Assembly: GCA_964571085.1 (NCBI GenBank)
Contig: CAZMZT010000001.1
Coordinates: forward strand, 18,719 to 82,718
From: an uncultured Candidatus Saccharibacteria bacterium
GTDB taxonomy: Bacteria; Patescibacteriota; Minisyncoccia; Phycocordibacterales; UBA9973
Length of the DNA: 64,000 nt
Direction: 5' to 3'
Position numbers and translations under genes: made by a program
In this document: positions 9,847 through 21,600 of the stretch, piece after piece
How the letters are laid out: every line of letters starts with the position of its first letter
Position numbering within the stretch: position 1 is the stretch's first letter
Notes under the pieces: generated by a model
Told to the model about the DNA's origin: nothing
The model's database searches: none
The model's input: the letters and a program-made list of their open reading frames with translations, nothing else

Positions 9847-12840
9847 ATGACAAACCCTGCCTTTGACGAGGCTTACAAAGCCCTAAATAAAGCCCAAAAA
9901 GAGGCAGTAGATACTATAGATGGCCCAGTTATGGTGGTGGCAGGCCCGGGGACTGGTAAGACTAGGATACTCACACTTCGCATAGCTAATATACTTAAAG
10001 AGACAGACACAGCACCCGAGAGCATCCTCGCCCTCACTTATACAACCGCCGGAGTTATATCAATGAGAGAGAAGCTGATCGAAACGATAGGTGATAGAGC
10101 ATACAGAGTAAACATTTTTACATTTCATGCATTCTGTGAACATTTGATAAGAGAGTTTCCTTTCTATTTTGAATCTTTGTCTGGCTCGCGAGTTGTTGGC
10201 GATCTTGAGAGAGTGGAGATAATAGAGAACATCATAAAGAGTAATAAATTCAAAGACCTCATTTCTTTCCATGATGAGTTTACATTCCTCAGTCAGATAG
10301 TGAGTGGGATACTCGCTATAAAAAAGGAAGGTCTCAATCATGCGGAATTCTTGGATAAGTTACCTGAGTGGAAGAAGGAATTACTGTCGGATGATGACAT
10401 GTACTACAAGAGGAAGTTTGGTGAATACAATAAAGGCGACCTCAAGCCATCGGAAGCCGAGAAAGTAAACAAGAAAGTAAACAAAGCAGAAGAACTTGGG
10501 CAAATATATGCTTCGTACCAAAAAATATTGAAGGAAAGAGGCCTCTATGACTTCTCGGACATGATACTTTATGTCGAAGAAGAACTTGCAAAGAATAAAG
10601 ACTTTAAATCAGATGTGGGGGAGAAGTACCAATACATACTTGTCGATGAGCATCAGGACACCAATGAAGGACAGAACCACCTCATAGAACTTCTGACCGA
10701 CGCACCGCACCTAGAAGGCAAGCCGAACTTGTTCACGGTGGGGGACGAGAAGCAATCCATATATAGATTCCAAGGTGCAAGCGCTGAGACATTTATAAGG
10801 TTTGGTGGTTTGTATGAAGATATTAAGTCTATAACACTTTCTGAGAACTACCGCTCAACACAGTATATACTTGATGGTTCGCATGAGCTTATAATTAAAT
10901 CGAAAGGGTTAGAAGGTAGTACAGCACTCAAATCAAATAAGAAGGAGAACGACAAGGTAAATGTGCGAGAATTTTCCAACTACAAATTCGAGCTCCTTTA
11001 CATGGCCGAAGACATACAAGAAAAGATTAAAAGTGGGGTATCTCCGAGCGATATAGCAGTGCTCTATCGTGCCAACAAGAACGTATCTGACATCAAGACG
11101 ATCATGGACTTCCACCACATTCCCTACACTATATTCTCGAAAGACAAAATACTCGAAGATGCCAACATCATAAACTTGATAAACATCTTGAAGGTTGTCG
11201 CGAACCTCAACGATGATCACTCACTGGGTAAAGCTCTGTTCTCGAAACTCCTCGGGTTTGATGCATATGACAATGTTAGGGTGCTTGATAAATACAAATC
11301 ACTTCGCAAAGAAGAGAAGAAGCATATATTTGCAATCCTTGAAGACAAGAAAGGGCTAAAAGAAATAGAAGTCAAAAATAGCGACAAGTTTTTAGGTTTT
11401 ATAGAAATAATCAAAGAGTTGAAAACAGAATCCCAAAACCAGAGCTTTCCAGACTTCTTTAAAGTATTCCTAGACAAAATCGGCTATATCAAATACATGC
11501 TTGTATCTGTCGACAGTAGGCTGCAACTCGCTCGTATAGATAAACTTTTTGATGAGATTAAAAGGCAGGGAGAGGCCAAGAAGGGTTATGGGCTCTCTGA
11601 TTTCATTTACTTTGTGGATTCATTTGCCAAGTACAACCTCGACATTACAAGCACTGACCCAGAGATAGTCGAAGGTGTGTCACTTATGACCGCGCACGGA
11701 TCAAAGGGCCGAGAGTTTGAGTACGTATACATTATCAATGCAACTCGCAAAGCTTGGGAGGGCAGGCGTGGTGGGGGCAACAGTATATCGCTCCCGATAT
11801 ATCAGTACGATGGCGACATCGAAGACGAAAGGCGACTTTTCTATGTGGCAATGACTCGTGCCAAGAAGAACCTTTACATATCATTTGCTCGTACAGACAA
11901 CGATGGCAGGGAACACGAGGTGTCGGAATTTGTGGGGGAGGTTTCTACGGATTCAAAAGACGAACAAGTAATGAAAGAATTTGAACAGAATAATATAGAC
12001 AAGATGGCCTTGTTCTTAAACTCTGAGAAGCGTTCTGCATCGCTCTTTGAGCCAGCATACATACGGCAACTTTTCTTTGCTCGTGGACTCAATGTGTCTG
12101 CTCTCAATAACTACCTCGACTGTCCAAAGAAATATTTATACAAAAGTATCTTGCGGATTCCTGACACATATTCACCAAGCATGAAGTTTGGAAGCATTCT
12201 CGACTTTGCACTCAATAACTTTTTCCTTTTGTCTAAAAAAGAAGGCAAGATTCTCGGTAAAAAGGTAATGCTTGAAGAATTTGAGAAAGGTTTGCGTAAA
12301 TACAACATGCCAGAGAAAGATGAAGACAAATTTAGAGAAAGGGGAGAGAATGCTTTGTCGGAATACTACGATGCGTACTCTGGTAGTTGGAGCACAAAAG
12401 TAGAAATGCAATTCCATGCAGAGAGGGACTTTGAACTGGATAGCAAAGAATCCCTCAAGCTCAGCGGTACACTCGACAAGATAGAATACATAGATGATTT
12501 GTTCTCACCTCGTATAAATGTCATCGACCACAAGAGTGGCAAACCATTCTCTGAGAAAACAAAAGAACAGAAAGAAGACTACGAACGGCAACTCGCATTC
12601 TATACACTATTACTGACAGACTATGAGAAGAAAGATTTCAAGATCAACAAAAGCATCCTCGACTTCATAGAGAAGAACAAGAAGGGAAGCTTTGAGCAGT
12701 ACTCTATGGACATCACAAGTGAACACATAGAGAAACTAAAACAAGAGATAAACACTTGTGCTCAGGAAGTGCTGTCGATGGAGTTTCTAGAAAAAGGTTG
12801 CAACAAGAAAGACTGCCAGTGGTGCCAGATCGAGAAGTAG
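9847..12840 (+). CDS. UvrD/PcrA-family superfamily-1 helicase fused to a C-terminal PD-(D/E)XK Cas4/AddB-like nuclease with Fe-S cysteines.
   Basis: N-terminal 'QKEAVDTIDGPVMVVAGPGTGKTRILT' and 'YILVDEHQDTN' are present. The C-terminus has 'C...DHKSGKP...QLAFYTLLL...CNKKDCQWCQ', a 1+3 cysteine pattern. Confidence 0.8.
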   Translation: MTNPAFDEAYKALNKAQKEAVDTIDGPVMVVAGPGTGKTRILTLRIANILKETDTAPESILALTYTTAGVISMREKLIETIGDRAYRVNIFTFHAFCEHLIREFPFYFESLSGSRVVGDLERVEIIENIIKSNKFKDLISFHDEFTFLSQIVSGILAIKKEGLNHAEFLDKLPEWKKELLSDDDMYYKRKFGEYNKGDLKPSEAEKVNKKVNKAEELGQIYASYQKILKERGLYDFSDMILYVEEELAKNKDFKSDVGEKYQYILVDEHQDTNEGQNHLIELLTDAPHLEGKPNLFTVGDEKQSIYRFQGASAETFIRFGGLYEDIKSITLSENYRSTQYILDGSHELIIKSKGLEGSTALKSNKKENDKVNVREFSNYKFELLYMAEDIQEKIKSGVSPSDIAVLYRANKNVSDIKTIMDFHHIPYTIFSKDKILEDANIINLINILKVVANLNDDHSLGKALFSKLLGFDAYDNVRVLDKYKSLRKEEKKHIFAILEDKKGLKEIEVKNSDKFLGFIEIIKELKTESQNQSFPDFFKVFLDKIGYIKYMLVSVDSRLQLARIDKLFDEIKRQGEAKKGYGLSDFIYFVDSFAKYNLDITSTDPEIVEGVSLMTAHGSKGREFEYVYIINATRKAWEGRRGGGNSISLPIYQYDGDIEDERRLFYVAMTRAKKNLYISFARTDNDGREHEVSEFVGEVSTDSKDEQVMKEFEQNNIDKMALFLNSEKRSASLFEPAYIRQLFFARGLNVSALNNYLDCPKKYLYKSILRIPDTYSPSMKFGSILDFALNNFFLLSKKEGKILGKKVMLEEFEKGLRKYNMPEKDEDKFRERGENALSEYYDAYSGSWSTKVEMQFHAERDFELDSKESLKLSGTLDKIEYIDDLFSPRINVIDHKSGKPFSEKTKEQKEDYERQLAFYTLLLTDYEKKDFKINKSILDFIEKNKKGSFEQYSMDITSEHIEKLKQEINTCAQEVLSMEFLEKGCNKKDCQWCQIEK

Positions 12841-12877
12841 TTTTTGATAAAATCGATAAAAATGCTATATTCTGTAT

Positions 12878-13648
12878 ATGCAGAAAGGAAGCTTACATCC
12901 ACTGACTATCCTCCAGGAAGAGGCGTATTCGCTGTTCTCAGGACTTGGTTTTGAAATAGCTTCTGGTCCAGAACTCGAGACAACCTGGTACAACTTTGAC
13001 GCACTCAATGTGCCCAAAGACCACCCTGCACGCGACATGCAGGATACATTTTATGTGAAAACTACTACGTCCTTAGATACTTTTTCTTCGCGTCTTAACC
13101 CTCTCTCAGGGGGCTCCGACGCCGACTCAGAAAAAGCATCTAAGGACTTCGTATTGCGTACTCATGCGACGAACGTCACAGCTCGTACACTTGAGCGAGC
13201 GGCGAAAGAAAATATTTCTGAAATCGCGTCGATATCGATCGGTAAAGTTTTCCGTAACGAAGCTACAGACATCACTCATGAAATGCAGTTCTTCCAGATT
13301 GACGGATGCATGATCGGCGAGAATGTAAACCTCGCCAACATGAAAGCAGTGCTTGTAGAGTTCTACAAGAAAGCACTCGGTCCTGATGTGGAGATAGAAT
13401 TCCGCCCGAGCTTTTTCCCGTTTACTGAACCATCTGTAGAAGTACATGCCAAGTTCAACGGTCGTTGGCTCGAGATGATGGGTGGGGGAATGATACATCC
13501 GAATGTTTTAAAAAATGCTGGACTTGATCCTGCAAAAGTACAAGGATTTGCATTCGGTGGCGGACTCGATCGTATCGCTATGATCCGCTGGAACATTCCT
13601 GATGTGCGACTTTTTTACCAAGGTGACCTACGACTCAATCAATTTTAA
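12878..13648 (+). CDS. pheS: Phenylalanine--tRNA ligase alpha subunit, catalytic core only.
   Basis: Class II synthetase motifs are present ('HPARDMQDTFY', 'LRTHAT', 'FRPSFFPFTEPS'). At 256 aa it lacks the N-terminal extension. Confidence 0.85.
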   Translation: MQKGSLHPLTILQEEAYSLFSGLGFEIASGPELETTWYNFDALNVPKDHPARDMQDTFYVKTTTSLDTFSSRLNPLSGGSDADSEKASKDFVLRTHATNVTARTLERAAKENISEIASISIGKVFRNEATDITHEMQFFQIDGCMIGENVNLANMKAVLVEFYKKALGPDVEIEFRPSFFPFTEPSVEVHAKFNGRWLEMMGGGMIHPNVLKNAGLDPAKVQGFAFGGGLDRIAMIRWNIPDVRLFYQGDLRLNQF

Positions 13649-13651
13649 CTT

Positions 13652-15502
13652 ATGAAGATTTCTTACAACTGGCTTAAATGGTATGTGCCTGAAGTTCCAG
13701 AACCAAATCGTTTGGCGGACCTTTTTACATACCACGTCTGCGAAGTTGAGAGTGTCACTAAACTCGACGACGGTGATCATATTTTTGACCTAGGGATACT
13801 TCCGAACCGTGCGCATGATCTGCTATCACATCATGGAGTAGCAAGGGAACTGGCAGGACTTCTTAATATCACATACAAAGACCCAACCCCGATGTACAAA
13901 GTTCCAGCCTCCACTTCTACAAAACTACAAGTTGAAATAGATTCACAAAGTTGTCGTAGATATTCTGCTCGCGTAGTACGCAATGTGAAGATCGGTCCGT
14001 CACCAGAGTGGGTAGTGAAGCACCTCGAATCGATAGGCCAGCGAAGCATCAACAACATCGTCGATGCCACAAACATCGTCATGTATGACTGTGGGCAACC
14101 ATGCCACGCTTTCGATTTGAAGAAATTGGAAAGTGAGAAAATTATAATTAGAAATGCCAAAGAAGGCGAAGAACTCAAAGTTGTCGGACGAGAAGGAATC
14201 ACAGCTAAACTCAAAGATACTGATTTGGTTATTACTGATGGATCGAAAAATCTTGCACTCGGGGGAGTGAAGGGCGGACTTGATTCTGGGATAAGTGATA
14301 GCACGACCGACATTGTCCTTGAAGTTGCCAACTTTGATCCTGTTGCGGTTCGTAAAACTGCACGACGACTCGGACTACTTTCAGATTCTGCAAAGAGGTT
14401 TGAGAATGATTTGTCGCCAACTCTTTGTGATTTTGGAATGCTTGAACTCTCTGGATTGATCCTAGAAATTTTACCGGATGCAGTGTTTGAAGATGTGGTA
14501 GATGTGTATGAAAACAAGCCCGAGCAGCGCACTGTGGAGTTCTCGACTTCATATATAAACAAAGTCCTCGGAGTGGAGATAACAGAGAGCGACATCTCAA
14601 ATATCCTTATGCGGTATGGGTATAATTACAAAGAAGAAGGTGGTGCATACATAATTTTCGTTCCAGCGCTACGACTTGATCTTACAAGCAGAGAAGATAT
14701 GGCTGAAGAGATAGGCCGTGTATATGGCTATGATAAAGTTGTACCACAACTCCCAAAGATTAACTTCATTCCGAAAAATAACGAGCAGTATGAGAAAATT
14801 TCACAAGCAAGAAACATTTTAGTTAATGCAGGTTACAGGGAGGTCATGACTTATGCATTTACCGAGAAGGGTGACGTAGAAGTACTTGCGAGTGCGTCTG
14901 ACAAAAACTTCATGCGGACAAATTTGTCGGATGGAATTAAAAAGTCGTATGAGCTCAACAAACTAAATGCACCGTACCTTGCGCTTGATGAAATTAAAAT
15001 TTTTGAAATAGGAACAGTGTTTAGTAAAAACGGAGAGGAGGTGCACGTTGCCTTCGCAAACAAAAAAGAAATCAAAGAAGTACCGTTAGAAAAATTTGAA
15101 GAAAGTTTTCCTCAGGTCCTCGGATCTCCTGTCCAGATGCAGGCTCTAGGCAGGCCAGACCATTCGGAAAATCTTTCTTCAAATTTTTCGAATTCGACTC
15201 AAGAATTTAGTGAAGTTTTCAAAATCTGGAGTCAGTATCCGTTCATCACTCGCGACATTGCAGTGTGGGTGCCAGAAGGTACAGAGCCGGAAATTCTCGC
15301 AGAGATTTACAAAGAATTTGGTACAGAGTTGATGCAAGGGGATCCAAAACTTGTAGATACATTTTCAAAAAATGGAAAAACTTCGTATGCATTTCGATTA
15401 ATTTTCCAATCTTTTGATCGAACTCTGACAGATGAAGAAATAAATGCGATCATGGCAAAAATTACAGAAAAAATTGGAAATATGGGGTTTGAAGTGCGTT
15501 AA
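13652..15502 (+). CDS. pheT: Phenylalanine--tRNA ligase beta subunit, shortened to 616 aa.
   Basis: B3/4 and B5 regions are present ('NNIVDATNIVMYDCGQPCHAFD'). It lies adjacent to pheS. Confidence 0.85.
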   Translation: MKISYNWLKWYVPEVPEPNRLADLFTYHVCEVESVTKLDDGDHIFDLGILPNRAHDLLSHHGVARELAGLLNITYKDPTPMYKVPASTSTKLQVEIDSQSCRRYSARVVRNVKIGPSPEWVVKHLESIGQRSINNIVDATNIVMYDCGQPCHAFDLKKLESEKIIIRNAKEGEELKVVGREGITAKLKDTDLVITDGSKNLALGGVKGGLDSGISDSTTDIVLEVANFDPVAVRKTARRLGLLSDSAKRFENDLSPTLCDFGMLELSGLILEILPDAVFEDVVDVYENKPEQRTVEFSTSYINKVLGVEITESDISNILMRYGYNYKEEGGAYIIFVPALRLDLTSREDMAEEIGRVYGYDKVVPQLPKINFIPKNNEQYEKISQARNILVNAGYREVMTYAFTEKGDVEVLASASDKNFMRTNLSDGIKKSYELNKLNAPYLALDEIKIFEIGTVFSKNGEEVHVAFANKKEIKEVPLEKFEESFPQVLGSPVQMQALGRPDHSENLSSNFSNSTQEFSEVFKIWSQYPFITRDIAVWVPEGTEPEILAEIYKEFGTELMQGDPKLVDTFSKNGKTSYAFRLIFQSFDRTLTDEEINAIMAKITEKIGNMGFEVR

Positions 15503-15527
15503 TTAATATTTTCTTCAAAAAACAGCA

Positions 15528-15541
15528 AAGTTATCCACAAT
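15528..15541. promoter_or_regulatory. A 14-mer AAGTTATCCACAAT containing a perfect DnaA-box consensus (TTATCCACA). The same 14-mer recurs at 37066.
   Basis: There is an exact 14-nt identity with 37066..37079. Confidence 0.4.
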
Positions 15542-15548
15542 TTTGACC

Positions 15549-15586
15549 AAAAATCCATATTTAGTATGGATTTTTTGCTGTTTTTT
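15549..15586 (+). terminator. Rho-independent terminator after pheT.
   Basis: An 11-bp stem AAAAATCCATA/TATGGATTTTT with loop TTTAG is followed by a T-tract. Confidence 0.6.
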
Positions 15587-15610
15587 GGCTTCCAAAGTGA
15601 TACAATATAG

Positions 15611-18600
15611 ATGTGTTTTATGCTTGAAGCAAAAAAGCCAAAATCTTTATATCCTACAAAGAGAATTCTAAATAAAATTAGGAGCAAATTTTCTTTCCAC
15701 TATGTCGCCTATACGATACTTTTCGTAGTGGTTTCTTTTTCGATAATCAACATAGTTACAGCGACAACTCCAAACCCTGGACACCCATGGCTCGAGATCG
15801 GTGACGGTGCTTTCCAAGTAACTTATAACCAGACAGCAACTCGAACTTATACTTTCCCAGATGCGAGCACGACAGTGCTCACTACCAACGACCTCGTAAC
15901 TGTAGCTCAGGGAGGAACAGGTGTAGGATCATTCACTTCAAATGGAGTTCTCTATGGGAATGGAACAAGTGCATTGCAAGTCACTGCTGCTGGAACAACA
16001 GGTCAGTGTCTGATCGGAACAACTGGTTCAGCGCCGAGTTGGGGTTCATGTACGGGAAGTGGAATATCATGGAGTGCTTTAGTAAATCCAACAGGAGACC
16101 AAACACTTACTTTTGATGCTGGTGAAGAAAACATCTGGACTGTTGGTGCGACAACAGCAGATTTTTGGACCATGACAGCAAACTCTTTGACTACAGGTTC
16201 ACTATTTAGGTTGGTTGGTGATAGAGGAGAAGATTCAAGTTCAAAAGGTTTATTTGAATCTATTGCGACAGTGGATATGAGCGATGGAGGTGACGTTAAC
16301 AATGCTTATTTCGAAACAAACGTTAACAATACAACTGACCCAGGCAGTATAAAAGGAGTTTATTCGTTAGTTACAGACGATACCACTTTAGACAACTCTC
16401 TAAAAGGAGGTGGGTTTTATGTAAATGCAACCGGAGATGCTTCAAAAGATATTCTTGGTGTTGGAGCGGTTGCGCTAGCTTCTGCTGGAGTTGTAGCACC
16501 AGAGGTTGTCACAGGGCTTACTTCTTCAGCTATCTCTCTAGGAGCATTTACTAGTGGATTAGCAGAGCTTAACGGTGTAATAGGCTCCTCTGAACTATCA
16601 AGCTCTGATGGTGGAAACGCCAACCTTTATGGAGTAAAGGCTCAAACTAGTGTTACGCTCCCTACTGGAGGTACTATCAATCAATACGGCGTCTATGTAT
16701 ACAACGGATCTTCAAGCACAACTGGAACTTCTACAAAATATGGTCTTTATGTAGAAGACCAAACAGGGGCAGACACAAACTATAGCGCGATTTTTGCTGG
16801 AGGCAACGTCGGTATCGGTGACACATCACCAACAGCGCTATTTACTGTTGGTTCGGGCGATTTGTTCCAAGTAAACTCTTCAGGTGCCATAGCTGCAGCT
16901 ACAGGTATCACATCATCTGGCACTATCACTTTCTCAGGTCTCGGTACAAACTCTGCTGTTTATACAAACGGATCATCAGCACTCACTACCACTGCTCCAA
17001 CATCTGGAACTATTGGTTACTGGTCTCGCTCAGGTACAACTCTTTCTCCTGCAACTGCAAATGATCTAGTCTCTATATCTACAAACTCAACAACAGCAGA
17101 TAACAAAGCTCTACAAGTATCACAGACAGGTGCAACATCAGGTACTGACTATGCGGGGTATTTCGCAAACACAGGCGCAGCTACTACAAACATTAGTCTT
17201 TATTCATCTGCAACCGGAGCAACTGAAAATATCTCCGCTTTTTTTGAAAACGGTAGTGTTGGTATTGGTGGGTATGATTCAACAATTCCTTTGTATATAA
17301 ACTCTAGTTCTGCTAGCACTCTTTTGAAACTGTTTAAATCAACAGGAGATGCAGGTATCTCTTTTGGTGTAGAAGATCTCGCTACAGATATTGGTCGAAT
17401 TCAGGGTGAGTTTGATAACGGCCCAGCTGATCTTCTCTTGAACCCAGCAGGAGGTAATGTTGGTATTGGCACAACAGCACCTTCAGCTGCATTAGAGGTT
17501 GTAAAAACTACAGAACAACTAAGAGTTGGATACGACGAGACAAACTACTTCACTACAACTGTTGGTAGTTCAGTAAATGTAATGTATGAGTTAAGTCAGG
17601 CTTCAGGTAGTTGGTACTGGAGAAATGGTACAGGTGTTCAATCTTTATTTATAGGAGGTAATGGGGATGGTTTTGAATCATTATTTAGATCATCAGATGG
17701 AGATGCTCAATCAGGACTTTACCTAAGAGGTGATTTAGTAGGAACAAATGTTTCGTTTCTTCTTTCTGCTGATGATGATACTAATCCAAGTGTTTCAATT
17801 ACTGGAGATGCTCTCGCACAGACATTAACTTTTGATTCCGTAGACCATATATTTAATGGAAATGTTGGTATCGGAGATGCTACACCAGATGACCTTCTCA
17901 ACATTCACAGCGCAACTGCTTCAGCAGGTCTTGCGATCACTTCTTTGGGTACAGACACTGATCCGTATATCAAGTTTGAGCTTGCTGATGGTACCTCTTC
18001 TTTTATCATGGGAGTTGACGATTCAGATGCTGACAAGTTTAAAATCTCAACGACTGCACTTGGAACGAGTGACCGGTTTGTAATCGACTCCTCTGGAAAC
18101 GTGACGATCCCAGATCTTGGTGGAGGAGGAACCCTTTGTGTACAAACAGATAATAACGGAACACTCTCTACAACCACCTGTGGTGGTGGCGGAACATGGG
18201 ATACCATTGGCAACCCAGCAGCTGATCAAAATCTCACGTTTGATGCAGGTGAAGAAACTACTTGGACGATCAACGCAACAACTGCAACCAACTTTGCAAT
18301 GAATGCAAATGCTCTCACCTCAGGGACTATCCTTTCTCTTACCTCAAATGGCACCGGTGCGCTCACTGGGCAAAAAGGATTGAACATCTCCCTCTCTGGA
18401 GCAAACGGTACCGGTGCACAAACCACCTACGGTGCATATCTTTCAAATACAAAAACAGGAACATCAACAAATGTTGGGCTTTATGCTGAAGCAACAGGAG
18501 GATCAACTAATTATGCGGCACAGTTTAATGGGGATGTGAATTTTACGAATGTGGCGAATAGGACGATTAGTGTTGCTAATACAGCAGGTGCAGCTGGGAA

Positions 18601-21600
18601 AAATCTTACAATAAGAGCTGGGTCAAGTATCAGTGGTGGCTTTGCTGGAGGAGCATTAAATTTATATGCTGGAGACGGTTCTGCTGGTATCGGTGGAGCA
18701 GTTAATATTATTTCAGGAGCTAGTGATACCGGAGGAGATATAAATATTACCGCAGCAGGCGGAACTCCAGGTAGTGGTGATGGAGGGTCTGTCTATATAA
18801 ATCCAGGACCTAGTTCTGGTGGGTCAGCAGATGGCAATGTAATTATTGCAAATACAGATGGTAAAGTTTCTATCGGCTCCACCACCGCAACCTCCCTCTT
18901 CAACGTTGGTTCTTCTGCTCAATTTCAAGTAACTTCAGCTGGTGTTACCAGTATCACGCCTGGTCAATCAGCAACCGCTCTCACGGTGGCTCGCACCGGT
19001 ACCAACTACGCCTTCCAAGTTGATACCAACACCGCATCATCAGCAACAGGATTGAAGGTCACCTCTGCAGCAGCAGGAGGTGGTCTTGCACTCACCACCA
19101 TCTCATCAGGTACTGATGAAAACGTAACGTTTGATGCAAAAGGCGCAGGTACCATCTCTATCGGTGCATCATCAACCGGCAATGTCCTCCTTGCGGGAGG
19201 ATCAAGCGCAACAGGTTGTACGGTTGATAACTCAAACGGCAACCTCACCTGTTCAGGTACCATCTCTGGATCTGGTGCTGTTGGCTACTGGACACGTTCA
19301 GGAACGACGATCTCTCCTGCAACCGCAAACGACATCCTCTCCGTTTCAACGAACTCAACCACTGCAAGCAACAAAGCAATCGAAGGACTCCAAACTGGTG
19401 CAACCACCGGCACTGACTATGCTGGTTACTTCTCAAACACTGGTGCGGCGACTACCAACGTTGGTCTCTATGCTACAGCAACAGGTGCAACAAATAATTA
19501 TGCAGCTCAGTTTAATGGTCTAACTGATGTTCAGTCTTCTTCAGGCTCATATGGAAGTTATTTACTTCTCTCAAATAATAGCGCAGGAACAAAGGTTGCT
19601 CTTAACGCTACTGCATACAATGGAGTATTATATGTTACTACCTCAGCAGGAGCTGCTGGTTCATTTTTAGGCACTGCTCTCAATGATCCTAATAATGGAT
19701 CTTTTGGTTTCTTTAATAATTACACCACAGGTCAGGGAATTGTAGCAGGTATTGCTAATGGTGCAGCCCAGACAGCACTCATTGTTAATAATGTGAACAC
19801 ACTTTCTACTGCTGGCGATAAATTACTCGCACTAAAGAATAATAGTACTGAAAAGTTATCAGTTGATTTCAATGGCTCGATAACTTCTGCAACGCTTACT
19901 TCTGGTGGGACACAATGTCTCCAAGCAAATAGCTCTGGAGTTATATCTGGTACAGGCACTGCTTGTGGAACCGGTGGTTCTACAAACTGGGATACTATCG
20001 GTGACCCATCAGGAAACGGCTCTATCGCAATGGGCGCAACAGTGCAAACGATGGATTGGGCAACTGCGACTACACAAAACGCACTTTCACTTATTGGGAA
20101 CTCTTTGACTTCAGGAAAACTTTTCTCTCTTACCTCAACAGCAACTGCATTTACAGGCAACCTTGCTAATTTCACACTTTCAGGATCAAACGCCGCAAAC
20201 ACGGGCTCGCTTGTTCAGGTAGATAATACTGGAACTTCAAATGCAAATACTTCACTTCTCATCAACCACTATGCTACAGGTACAGGCAACCTAGCTTTTA
20301 GAGTGAACGATGTTTCAGGGGATACATCACCATTTGTAATAGATGGAAATGGAAATGTGGGTATAGGCCAAGCATCACCGAATACACAACTTCATATTGG
20401 TCCAGGTACAGACGTGTCTGATGTCGCATCTACCAACTTAGCTGTTTTTCAAAACAATGGGTCATCATCTATTTCAGTTAGAGATGCATCTAGTAATTCG
20501 GAAGGATATCTATATTCAGATGCAGGGGGAGTTAGCTTTGGTTCGGTGACTTCTCATGCTGTTCAGATTGGTGCGAGTGGAGGATCAGCCATCTTTATTG
20601 ATGTTAGTAATAATGTAAATATAGGAGGTGATACTACACCAAACTCTATCTTTACTGTAGGTGGAGCTTCCGAATTCCAAGTTGATATATCAGGAAACAC
20701 ATCTTTATTTGGTGGAGCAGATCTTCGTTTTATAGAAACAGGTGGAGGAACAGATTTTGTTGCATTTCAAGCTCCCGCATCTGTTGCTACAAGTGTGACT
20801 TGGACATTACCAAATGCTGATTCTTCAGGATGTCTCCAATCAAATGGATCTGGAACTCTTTCTATAGCAAGCTGTGGGGGAGGAGGTGTGGCATGGAGTG
20901 CTATAACAAACCCAACAGGAGACCTAAACCTGACTTTTGATGCAGGTGAAGAAACAGTCTTTACAACGAACGCAACTACTGCGACTGCGTTTTCAATAAC
21001 TTCCGCTACGCTTTCTTCGGGGACACTTCTTGATCTGACCGTTACTGGAACTGCTGGAATTTCAAGCCAGAAAGCTCTTAATATCTCAACGTCAGGAGCT
21101 GTAACAGGGTCCAACTCTACATATGGTGCGTATATTTCAAATACACATACAGGAGCAAGCGCTACAAGTGTTGGTTTGTATGCAACAGCTTCAGGAGGGC
21201 AAACTAACTACGCGGCTCAATTTGCAGGAGGTATTTTTCAGTCAGGAGGGTTTGCATCATTTAATATAGGCTCTAGTGTCTTTGGTGTAGCTTCAACCAC
21301 TTACCCTGACTATATTTTTACTATCAATGATGGGGTTATAGCTATAGGAGATTACAATGGTCCAGATCTAAATAATACATATCTTCTTGTTGATGATACC
21401 AATAGTGTTATCTCCGCAAATGCTTCTAGCGGTTTTGTCTTTGGGGGATCTAATTTTGAGCTTTATCCAACAACAACATCTGGAGATGGATTTTATGTTA
21501 GTGCAAATACCATAACAACAGGTAAGGGGATAACCGTACAGTCTTCTTCGCTTACCTCTGGTGCACTTATGGATCTCACTTCTACAGGTACCGGAGCTCT

